DNA from: the human T2T-CHM13v2.0 reference genome, Homo sapiens
Length of the DNA: 64,000 bases
Direction: 5' to 3' (one strand)
Assembly: GCF_009914755.1 (NCBI RefSeq)
Contig: NC_060939.1
Below the pieces are notes generated by a model. The model worked only from the letters and a program-made list of their open reading frames with translations. It was not told where the DNA came from and made no database searches. Numbering within the stretch: the first letter of the stretch is position 1; every line of letters starts with the position of its first letter. The position numbers were made by a program, and so were the translations under genes. This document shows, one piece after another, positions 53,201 through 64,000 of this stretch.

Positions 53201-56200
53201 TACCGTTCGATTTCATTTTGTTCCAGTCCATTCCTTTCGCGTCCATTCCATTCCATTTCACTCCATTCGATTCCATTCCACTCGATTCCACTTCGTTCCA
53301 TTTCATTGCATTCCATTCTATTCAACTCTATTGCCTTCCATTCCATTCCATTCGATTACATTCCATGCGATTCCATTCGAAATCGAATCAATTACATTGC
53401 AATCCATTACTATTGAGTCCGTTTTATTCCACTCCACTGCATTCTGGTCCATTCCATTTGATTCCATTCCATTCTATTCCATTCCATACAGTTGCATTCC
53501 ATTGGATTCCATGCTATATCTATAAATTCAATTCGAGACCATTGCTTTTGAATCCATTCTATATGATTCCATTCCATTCAAGTCCATTACATTTGGTTCA
53601 ATTCCATTCCATTCCATTCCCTTCCATTCCATTCCATTTGATATCAATCCATTCGATTCCATTCCATTCGAGCACATTCCATTCGAGTCCATTCCATTCG
53701 ATGCCATTCCATTTGATTCTATTCCATTAGTCTCCATTCAATTCCATTAATCTCCATTCCATTCCATTCTACTCCAACTGATTCCATTCCATTCTATTCC
53801 TTTCCATTCCATTTCATTCCATTCCATTCCATTTCATTCCATTCCATTCCATTCGTGTCCATTCCACTCCAGTCCATTCCATTCGTGTCCATTCCATTCC
53901 AGTCCATTCCATTTGTGTCCACTGCATTCCATTCCACTCCATTCCATATTACTCCATTACACTCCATTCCATTCTATTACTTTCATTTCCATTCAATTCC
54001 ATTCCATTTGATTCCATTCCACTCGGTTTCATTCCATTTGAGTCCACTCCATTCCATTCCATTCCATTCCATTCAGTTCCATTCCATTCTGTTCCATTCC
54101 ATTCCGTTCCATTACATTCCATTCCATTCGGTACCATTCCATATTGTTCCATTCGATTCCATTCGAATCCATTCCATTCCAGTCCATTCCATTCGATTCC
54201 ATTCCATTCATTTCAATTCCATTCCATTCCATTCCATTACATTCCACTTGATTCCTCTCCATTCCCTTCCACTGCATTCCGTTCGATTCCATTCCATTGC
54301 ATTGCATTCCATTCCATTGGATTGCATTCCATTCGATTCCATTCCATTCGAATCAATTACATAGCAATCCATTACATTCGAGTCTATTCTCTTCCGTTCC
54401 ATTCGATTTCGTTCCAATCCATTCGATTCCATTCCATTCGATTCCATTCCATACTATTGCATTCCATTCGATTACATTATATTCGAATAAGTTCCATTCA
54501 AGACCATTTCTTTTGAGTCCATTCTATTTGAGTCCATTCCCTTTGATTCCATAATATTTGAGTCCATTCAATTCCATTCCTTTCGTTTCCATTCCATTTG
54601 ATGCCATTCCATTCAATTCTGTTCTACTCGACTCCAATACATTCAATTCCATTCCATCCGATTCCATTACATTCTTTTCATTTCTTATCCATTTCAAGCC
54701 ATTCCACTCCATTCCATTCCACTTGTTTCCTTTCCATTCGAGTCCATTCCTCTCCAGTCCATTCCGTTCAATCCATTCCATTCCAGTCCATTCCATTCGA
54801 GTCCGTTCCATTCCAGTCCATTCCATTCGAGTCAATTCCATTCCATTCGATGTCTTTCCATAACGATCCATTCCATTCTATTCCTTTCGATTCCATTCCA
54901 TTCTATTTCATTCCATTCGATTCCCTTCCATTGGACTCCTTTCCATTCGAGTGCATTCCATTCCGTTCCATTTCTTTCCGTTCTGTACGATTCCTACCGT
55001 TCGATTTCATTTTGTTCCAGTCCATTCCTTTCGCGTCCATTCCATTCCATTTCACTCCATTCGATTCCATTCCACTCGATTCCACTTCGTTCCATTTCAT
55101 TGCATTCCATTCTATTCAACTCTATTGCCTTCCATTCCATTCCATTCGATTACATTCCATGCGATTCCATTCGAAATCGAATCAATTACATTGCAATCCA
55201 TTACTATTGAGTCCGTTTTATTCCAGTCCACTGCATTCTGGTCCATTCCATTTGATTCCATTCCATTCTATTCCATTCCATACAGTTGCATTCCATTGGA
55301 TTCCATGCTATATCTATAAATTCAATTCGAGACCATTGCTTTTGAGTCCATTCTATATGATTCCATTCCATTCAAGTCCATTACATTTGGTTCAATTCCA
55401 TTCCATTCCATTCCCTTCCATTCCATTCCATTTGATATCAATCCATTCGATTCCATTCCATTCGAGCACATTCCATTCGAGTCCATTCCATTCGATGCCA
55501 TTCCATTTGATTCTATTCCATTAGTCTCCATTCAATTCCATTAATCTCCATTCCATTCCATTCTACTCCAACTGATTCCATTCCATTCTATTCCTTTCCA
55601 TTCCATTTCATTCCATTCCATTCCATTTCATTCCATTCCATTCCATTCGTGTCCATTCCACTCCAGTCCATTCCATTCGTGTCCATTCCATTCCAGTCCA
55701 TTCCATTTGTGTCCACTGCATTCCATTCCACTCCATTCCATATTATTCCATTACACTCCATTCCATTCTATTACTTTCATTTCCATTCAATTCCATTCCA
55801 TTTGATTCCATTCCACTCGGTTTCATTCCATTTGAGTCCACTCCATTCCATTCCATTCCATTCCATTCAGTTCCATTCCATTCTGTTCCATTCCATTCCG
55901 TTCCATTACATTCCATTCCATTCGGTACCATTCCATATTGTTCCATTCGATTCCATTCGAATCCATTCCATTTCAGTCCATTCCATTCGATTCCATTCCA
56001 TTCATTTCAATTCCATTCCATTCCATTCCATTCCATTCCACTTGATTCCTCTCCATTCCCTTCCACTGCATTCCGTTCGATTCCATTCCATTGCATTGCA
56101 TTCCATTCCATTGGATTGCATTCCATTCGATTCCATTCCATTCGAATCAATTACATAGCAATCCATTACATTCGAGTCTATTCTCTTCCGTTCCATTCGA

Positions 56201-59200
56201 TTTCGTTCCAATCCATTCGATTCCATTCCATTCGATTCCATTCCATACTATTGCATTCCATTCGATTACATTATATTCGAATAAGTTCCATTCAAGACCA
56301 TTTCTTTTGAGTCCATTCTATTTGAGTCCATTCCCTTTGATTCCATAACATTTGAGTCCATTCAATTCCATTCCTTTCGTTTCCATTCCATTTGATGCCA
56401 TTCCATTCAATTCTGTTCTACTCGACTCCAATACATTCAATTCCATTCCATCCGATTCCATTACATTCTTTTCATTTCTTATCCATTTCAAGCCATTCCA
56501 CTCCATTCCATTCCACTCGTTTCCTTTCCATTCGAGTCCATTCCTCTCCAGTCCATTCCGTTCAATCCATTCCATTCCAGTCCATTCCATTCGAGTCCGT
56601 TCCATTCCAGTCCATTCCATTCGAGTCAATTCCATTCCATTCGATGTCTTTCCATAACGATCCATTCCATTCTATTCCTTTCGATTCCATTCCATTCTAT
56701 TTCATTCCATTCGATTCCCTTCCATTGGACTCCTTTCCATTCGAGTGCATTCCATTCCGTTCCATTTCTTTCCGTTCTGTACGATTCCTACCGTTCGATT
56801 TCATTTTGTTCCAGTCCATTCCTTTCGCGTCCATTCCATTCCATTTCACTCCATTCGATTCCATTCCACTCGATTCCACTTCGTTCCATTTCATTGCATT
56901 CCATTCTATTCAACTCTATTGCCTTCCATTCCATTCCATTCGATTACATTCCATGCGATTCCATTCGAAATCGAATCAATTACATTGCAATCCATTACTA
57001 TTGAGTCCGTTTTATTCCAGTCCACTGCATTCTGGTCCATTCCATTTGATTCCATTCCATTCTATTCCATTCCATACAGTTGCATTCCATTGGATTCCAT
57101 GCTATATCTATAAATTCAATTCGAGACCATTGCTTTTGAGTCCATTCTATATGATTCCATTCCATTGAAGTCCATTACATTTGGTTCAATTCCATTCCAT
57201 TCCATTCCCTTCCATTCCATTCCATTTGATATCAATCCATTCGATTCCATTCCATTCGAGCACATTCCATTCGAGTCCATTCCATTCGATGCCATTCCAT
57301 TTGATTCTATTCCATTAGTCTCCATTCAATTCCATTAATCTCCATTCCATTCCATTCTACTCCAACTGATTCCATTCCATTCTATTCCTTTCCATTCCAT
57401 TTCATTCCATTCCATTCCATTTCATTCCATTCCATTCCATTCGTGTCCATTCCACTCCAGTCCATTCCATTCGTGTCCATTCCATTCCACTCCATTCCAT
57501 TTGTGTCCACTGCATTCCATTCCACTCCATTCCATATTATTCCATTACACTCCATTCCATTCTATTACTTTCATTTCCATTCAATTCCATTCCATTTGAT
57601 TCCATTCCACTCGGTTTCATTCCATTTGAGTCCACTCCATTCCATTCCATTCCATTCCATTCAGTTCCATTCCATTCTGTTCCATTCCATTCCGTTCCAT
57701 TACATTCCATTCCATTCGGTACCATTCCATATTGTTCCATTCGATTCCATTCGAATCCATTCCATTCCAGTCCATTCCATTCGATTCCATTCCATTCATT
57801 TCAATTCCATTCCATTCCATTCCATTCCATTCCACTTGATTCCTCTCCATTCCCTTCCACTGCATTCCGTTCGATTCCATTCCATTGCATTGCATTCCAT
57901 TCCATTGGATTGCATTCCATTCGATTCCATTCCATTCGAATCAATTACATAGCAATCCATTACATTCGAGTCTATTCTCTTCCGTTCCATTCGATTTCGT
58001 TCCAATCCATTCGATTCCATTCCATTCGATTCCATTCCATACTATTGCATTCCATTCGATTACATTATATTCGAATAAGTTCCATTCAAGACCATTTCTT
58101 TTGAGTCCATTCTATTTGAGTCCATTCCCTTTGATTCCATAACATTTGAGTCCATTCAATTCCATTCCTTTCGTTTCCATTCCATTTGATGCCATTCCAT
58201 TCAATTCTGTTCTACTCGACTCCAATACATTCAATTCCATTCCATCCGATTCCATTACATTCTTTTCATTTCTTATCCATTTCAAGCCATTCCACTCCAT
58301 TCCATTCCACTCGTTTCCTTTCCATTCGAGTCCATTCCTCTCCAGTCCATTCCGTTCAATCCATTCCATTCCAGTCCATTCCATTCGAGTCCGTTCCATT
58401 CCAGTCCATTCCATTCGAGTCAATTCCATTCCATTCGATGTCTTTCCATAACGATCCATTCCATTCTATTCCTTTCGATTCCATTCCATTCTATTTCATT
58501 CCATTCGATTCCTTTCCATTGGACTCCTTTCCATTCGAGTGCATTCCATTCCGTTCCATTTCTTTCCGTTCTGTACGATTCCTACCGTTCGATTTCATTT
58601 TGTTCCAGTCCATTCCTTTCGCGTCCATTCCATTCCATTTCACTCCATTCGATTCCATTCCATTCGATTCCATTCTACTCGATTCCACTTCGTTCCATTT
58701 CATTGCATTCCATTCTATTCAACTCTATTGCCTTCCATTCCATTCCATTCGATTACATTCCATGCGATTCCATTCGAAATCGAATCAATTACATTGAAAT
58801 TCATTACTATTTAGTCCGTTTTATTCCAGTCCACTGCATTCTGGTCCATTCCATTTGATTCCATTCCATTCTATTCCATTCCATACAGTTGCATTCCATT
58901 GGATTCCATGCTATATCTATAAATTCAATTCGAGACCATTGCTTTTGAGTCCATTCTATATGATTCCATTCCATTCAAGTCCATTACATTTGCTTCAATT
59001 CCATTCCATTCCATTCCCTTCCATTCCATTCCATTTGATATCAATCCATTCAATTCCATTCCATTCGAGCACATTCCATTCGAGTCCATTCCATTCGATG
59101 CCATTCCATTTGATTCTATTCCATTAGTCTCCATTCAATTCCATTAATCTCCATTCCATTCCATTCTACTCCAACTGATTCCATTCCATTCTATTCCTTT

Positions 59201-59231
59201 CCATTCCATTTCATTCCATTCCATTCCATTC

Positions 59232-61005
59232 GTGTCCATTCCACTCCAGTCCATTCCATTCGTGTCCATTCCATTCCAGTCCATTCCATTTGTGTCCACT
59301 GCATTCCATTCCACTCCATTCCATATTATTCCATTACACTCCATTCCATTCTATTACTTTCATTTCCAATCAATTCCATTCCATTAGATTCCATTCCACT
59401 TGATTCCATTCCACTCGGTTTCATTCCATTTGAGTCCACTCCATTCCATTCCATTCCATTCCATTCAGTTCCATTCCATTCTGTTCCATTCCATTCCATT
59501 CCATTCGGTACCATTCCATAGTGTTCCATTCGATTCCATTCGAATCCATTCCATTCCAGTCCTTTCCATTCGATTCCATTCCATTCATTTCAATTCCATT
59601 CCATTCCATTCCATTCCATTCCATTCCACTTGATTCCTCTCCATACCCTTCCACTGCATTCCGTTCGATTCCATTCCATTGCATTGCATTCCATTCCATT
59701 GGATTGCATTCCATTCGATTCCATTCCATTCGAATCAATTACATAGCAATCCATTACATTCGAGTCTATTCTCTTCCGTTCCATTCGATTTCGTTCCAAT
59801 CCATTCGATTCCATTCCATTCGATTCCATTCCATACTATTGCATTCCTTTCGATTAAATTATATTCGAATAAGTTCCATTCAAGACCATTTCTTTTGAGT
59901 CCATTCTATTTGAGTCCATTCCCTTTGATTCCATAACATTTGTGTCCATTCAATTCCATTCCTTTCGTTTCCATTCCATTTGATGCCATTCCATTCAATT
60001 CTGTTCTACTCGACTCCAATACATTCAATTCCATTCCATCCGATTCCATTACATTCTTTTCATTTCTTATCCATTTCAAGCCATTCCACTCCATTCCATT
60101 CCACTCGTTTCCTTTCCATTCGAGTCCATTCCTCTCCAGTCCATTCCGTTCAATCCATTCCATTCCAGTCCATTCCATTCGAGTCCGTTCCATTCCATTC
60201 GATGTCTTTCCATAACGATCCATTCCATTCTATTCCTTTCGATTCCATTCCATTCTATTTCATTCCATTCGATTCCCTTCCATTGGACTCCTTTCCATTC
60301 GAGTGCATTCCATTCCGTTCCATTTCTTTCCATTCTGTACGATTCCTACCGTTCGATTTCATTTTGTTCCAGTCCATTCCTTTCGCGTCCATTCCATTCC
60401 ATTTCACTCCATTCGATTCCATTCCACTCGATTCCACTTTGTCCCATTTCATTGCATTCCATTCTATTCAACTCTATTCCCCTCCATTCCATTCCATTCG
60501 ATTACATTCCATGCGATTCCATTCGAAATCGAATCAATTACATTGCAATCCATTACTATTGAGTCCGTTTTATTCCAGTCCACTGCATTCTGGTCCATTC
60601 CATTTGATTCCATTCCATTCTATTCCATTCCATACAGTTGCATTCCATTGGATTCCATTCTATATCTATAAATTCAATTCGAGACCATTGCTTTTGAGTC
60701 CATTCTATATGATTCCATTCCATTCAAGTCCATTACATTTGGTTCAATTCCATTCCATTCCATTCCATTCCCTTCCATTCCATTCCAGTTGATATCAATC
60801 CATTCGATTCCATTCCATTCGAGCACATTCCATTCGAGTCCATTCCATTCGATGCCATTCCATTTGATTCTATTCCATTAGTCTCCATTCAATTCCATTA
60901 ATCTCCATTCCATTCCATTCTACTCCAACTGATTCCATTCCATTCTATTCCTTTCCATTCCATTTCATTCCATTCCATTCCATTTCATTCCATTCCATTC
61001 CATTC
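59232..61005 (+). repeat. Variant monomer type D, copy 4 (U34, 1774 bp)
   Basis: D markers present and a single KpnI site. Shares CAGTCCTTTCC with U17. Has a private 15-bp insertion (~59386-59405), an extra pentamer (~59620) and several private SNVs. Confidence 0.9.
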
Positions 61006-62779
61006 GTGTCCATTCCACTCCAGTCCATTCCATTCGTGTCCATTCCATTCCAGTCCATTCCATTTGTGTCCACTGCATTCCATTCCACTCCATTCCATAT
61101 TATTCCATTACACTCCATTCCATTCTATTACTTTCATTTCCATTCAATTCCATTCCATTTGATTCCATTCCACTCGGTTTCATTCCATTTGAGTCCACTC
61201 CATTCCATTCCATTCCATTCCATTCAGTTCCATTCCATTCTGTTGCATTCCATTCCGTTCCATTACATTCCATTCCATTCGGTACCATTCCATATTGTTC
61301 CATTCGATTCCATTCGAATCCATTCCATTCCAGTCCATTCCATTCGATTCCATTCCATTCATTTCAATTCCATTCCATTCCATTCCATTCCATTCCACTT
61401 GATTCCTCTCCATTCCCTTCCACTGCATTCCGTTCGATTCCATTCCATTGCATTGCATTCCATTCCATTGGATTGCATTCCATTCGATTCCATTCCATTC
61501 GAATCAATTACATAGCAATCCATTACATTCCAGTCTATTCTATTCCGTTCCATTCGATTTCGTTCCAATCCATTCGATTCCATTCCATTCGATTCCATTC
61601 CATACTATTGCATTCCATTCGATTACATTATATTCGAATAAGTTCCATTCAAGACCATTTCTTTTGAGTCCATTCTATTTGAGTCCATTCCCTTTGATTC
61701 CATAACATTTGAGTCCATTCAATTCCATTCCTTTCGTTTCCATTCCATTTGATGCCATTCCATTCAATTCTGTTCTACTCGACTCCAATACATTCAATTC
61801 CATTCCATCCGATTCCATTACATTCTTTTCATTTCTTATCCATTTCAAGCCATTCCACTCCATTCCATTCCACTCGTTTCCTTTCCATTCGAGTCCATTC
61901 CTCTCCAGTCCATTCCGTTCAATCCATTCCATTCCAGTCCATTCCATTCGAGTCCGTTCCATTCCAGTCCATTCCATTCGAGTCAATTCCATCCCATTCG
62001 ATGTCTTTCCATAACGATCCATTCCATTCTATTCCTTTCGATTCCATTCCATTCTATTTCATTCCATTCGATTCCCTTCCATTGGACTCCTTTCCATTCG
62101 AGTGCATTCCATTCCGTTCCATTTCTTTCCGTTCTGTACGATTCCTACCGTTCGATTTCATTTTGTTCCAGTCCATTCCTTTCGCGTCCATTCCATTCCA
62201 TTTCACTCCATTCGATTCCATTCCACTCGATTCCACTTCGTTCCATTTCATTGCATTCCATTCTATTCAACTCTATTGCCTTCCATTCCATTCCATTCGA
62301 TTACATTCCATGCGATTCCATTCGAAATCGAATCAATTACATTGCAATCCATTACTATTGAGTCCGTTTTATTCCAGTCCACTGCATTCTGGTCCATTCC
62401 ATTTGATTCCATTCCATTCTATTCCATTCCATACAGTTGCATTCCATTGGATTCCATGCTATATCTATAAATTCAATTCGAGACCATTGCTTTTGAGTCC
62501 ATTCTATATGATTCCATTCCATTCAAGTCCATTACATTTGGTTCAATTCCATTCCATTCCATTCCCTTCCATTCCATTCCATTTGATATCAATCCATTCG
62601 ATTCCATTCCATTCGAGCACATTCCATTCGAGTCCATTCCATTCGATGCCATTCCATTTGATTCTATTCCATTAGTCTCCATTCTATTCCATTAATCTCC
62701 ATTCCATTCCATTCTACTCCAACTGATTCCATTTCATTCTATTCCTTTCCATTCCATTTCATTCCATTCCATTCCATTC

Positions 62780-64000
62780 GTGTCCATTCCACTCCAGTCC
62801 ATTCCATTCGTGTCCATTCCATTCCAGTCCATTCCATTTGTGTCCACTGCATTCCATTCCACTCCATTCCATATTATTCCATTACACTCCATTCCATTCT
62901 ATTACTTTCATTTCCATTCAATTCCATTCCATTTGATTCCATTCCACTCGGTTTCATTCCATTTGAGTCCACTCCATTCCATTCCATTCCATTCCATTCA
63001 GTTCCATTCCATTCTGTTCCATTCCATTCCGTTCCATTACATTCCATTCCATTCGGTACCATTCCATATTGTTCCATTCGATTCCATTCGAATCCATTCC
63101 ATTCCAGTCCATTCCATTCGATTCCATTCCATTCATTTCAATTCCATTCCATTCCATTCCATTACATTCCACTTGATTCCTCTCCATTCCCTTCCACTGC
63201 ATTCCGTTCGATTCCATTCCATTGCATTGCATTCCATTCCATTGGATTGCATTCCATTCGATTCCATTCCATTCGAATCAATTACATAGCAATCCATTAC
63301 ATTCGAGTCTATTCTCTTCCGTTCCATTCGATTTCGTTCCAATCCATTCGATTCCATTCCATTCGATTCCATTCCATACTATTGCATTCCATTCGATTAC
63401 ATTATATTCGAATAAGTTCCATTCAAGACCATTTCTTTTGAGTCCATTCTATTTGAGTCCATTCCCTTTGATTCCATAACATTTGAGTCCATTCAATTCC
63501 ATTCCTTTCGTTTCCATTCCATTTGATGCCATTCCATTCAATTCTGTTCTACTCGACTCCAATACATTCAATTCCATTCCATCCGATTCCATTACATTCT
63601 TTTCATTTCTTATCCATTTCAAGCCATTCCACTCCATTCCATTCCACTCGTTTCCTTTCCATTCGAGTCCATTCCTCTCCAGTCCATTCCGTTCAATCCA
63701 TTCCATTCCAGTCCATTCCATTCGAGTCCGTTCCATTCCAGTCCATTCCATTCGAGTCAATTCCATTCCATTCGATGTCTTTCCATAACGATCCATTCCA
63801 TTCTATTCCTTTCGATTCCATTCCATTCTATTTCATTCCATTCGATTCCCTTCCATTGGACTCCTTTCCATTCGAGTGCATTCCATTCCGTTCCATTTCT
63901 TTCCGTTCTGTACGATTCCTACCGTTCGATTTCATTTTGTTCCAGTCCATTCCTTTCGCGTCCATTCCATTCCATTTCACTCCATTCGATTCCATTCCAT
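62780..64000 (+). repeat. Partial monomer U36, truncated by the window end
   Basis: Colinear with the first ~1220 bp of the consensus unit; the array evidently continues beyond the window. Confidence 0.93.

Larger units (their letters stand above)
50..62779 (+). repeat. D15Z1: 35 complete copies of a ~1794-bp higher-order unit (range 1754-1809 bp); probable D15Z1/HSat3A5 (chr15p 1.8-kb KpnI family)
   Basis: Seen: landmarks recur every 1794 bp (anchor at 50, 1844, 3638 and so on; the ORF track repeats at the same period). One KpnI site GGTACC per unit (325-330 in U1), two in U22 and U28. Established from recall: D15Z1 is a 1.8-kb KpnI satellite III repeat on 15p. The locus assignment is inference; the unit structure itself is near certain. 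Confidence 0.72.
1..64000 (+). repeat. Satellite III (HSat3)-type tandem array of degenerate CATTC/GAATG pentamers, C/T-rich strand on +
   Basis: Seen: ATTCC pentamer runs throughout, with variants (ATTCG, AGTCC, ATTGC, ATTAC, ATTTG); G is strongly depleted on +; no interruption or inversion found. Established: (CATTC)n with TCGA variants defines human classical satellite 3. The GATGAT-rich 23-26 bp motif typical of HSat2 is not seen. Confidence 0.97.

Noticed and set aside
1-64000. CRISPR array or prokaryotic defence/diversity system
   Set aside because: There is no repeat/unique-spacer alternation, no cas, reverse transcriptase or other genes, and no unique sequence at all.
1-64000. HSat2 (chr1 ~1.8-kb unit) or DYZ1 (Yq ~3.6-kb unit) identity
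   Set aside because: Long CATTC runs and the lack of the GATGAT-type HSat2 motif argue against HSat2. The base period is 1794, and the 3603 period is only a local dimer of near-identical monomers.
1-64000. Inversions, transposon insertions (Alu/L1), telomeric or alpha-satellite segments
   Set aside because: Strand polarity is constant, and unit spacings of 1754-1809 bp leave no room for insertions; no poly-A, TTAGGG or 171-bp structure was seen.
1-64000. Non-B DNA structures ((GGAAT)n fold-backs, C-strand i-motif) as a novel finding
   Set aside because: This is a known generic in-vitro property of the pentamer; nothing window-specific can be shown from the sequence.

Overview
The whole 64 kb is one uninterrupted, single-orientation tandem satellite array: degenerate (CATTC)n/(GAATG)n pentamers organised into a ~1.8 kb unit. 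It holds 35 complete units plus partial ones at both ends; 17 of the 35 are exactly 1794 bp, and all others differ from 1794 by multiples of 5. The pentamer type, the period and a single KpnI site per unit identify it as human (or hominid) classical Satellite III (HSat3), most likely the chromosome 15p D15Z1/HSat3A5 type; the chromosome call comes from recalled literature, not a search. I see no credible protein-coding gene, RNA gene, transposon or CRISPR array, and all ORFs in the track are translation artefacts of the pentamer. I found no new enzymatic or gene system. The real signal is array architecture: (i) the unit contains an old internal duplication at an 829-bp offset; (ii) three fixed pentamer phase shifts; (iii) a recurrent variant unit spaced 5-6 units apart, forming a nascent 9-10.8 kb higher-order repeat; (iv) a young 3603-bp dimer expansion; (v) gene-conversion-like patches; (vi) possible transcription-factor platform motifs (TEAD, and a speculative DUX4-like variant). 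Units U1-U36 are numbered from the CGTGTCC anchor at 50, 1844, 3638, 5432, 7226, 9030, 10809, 12613, 14407, 16196, 18005, 19799, 21593, 23387, 25161, 26955, 28749, 30503, 32277, 34071, 35865, 37674, 39473, 41282, 43076, 44885, 46679, 48488, 50287, 52061, 53855, 55649, 57443, 59232, 61006, 62780. All comparisons were made by eye.
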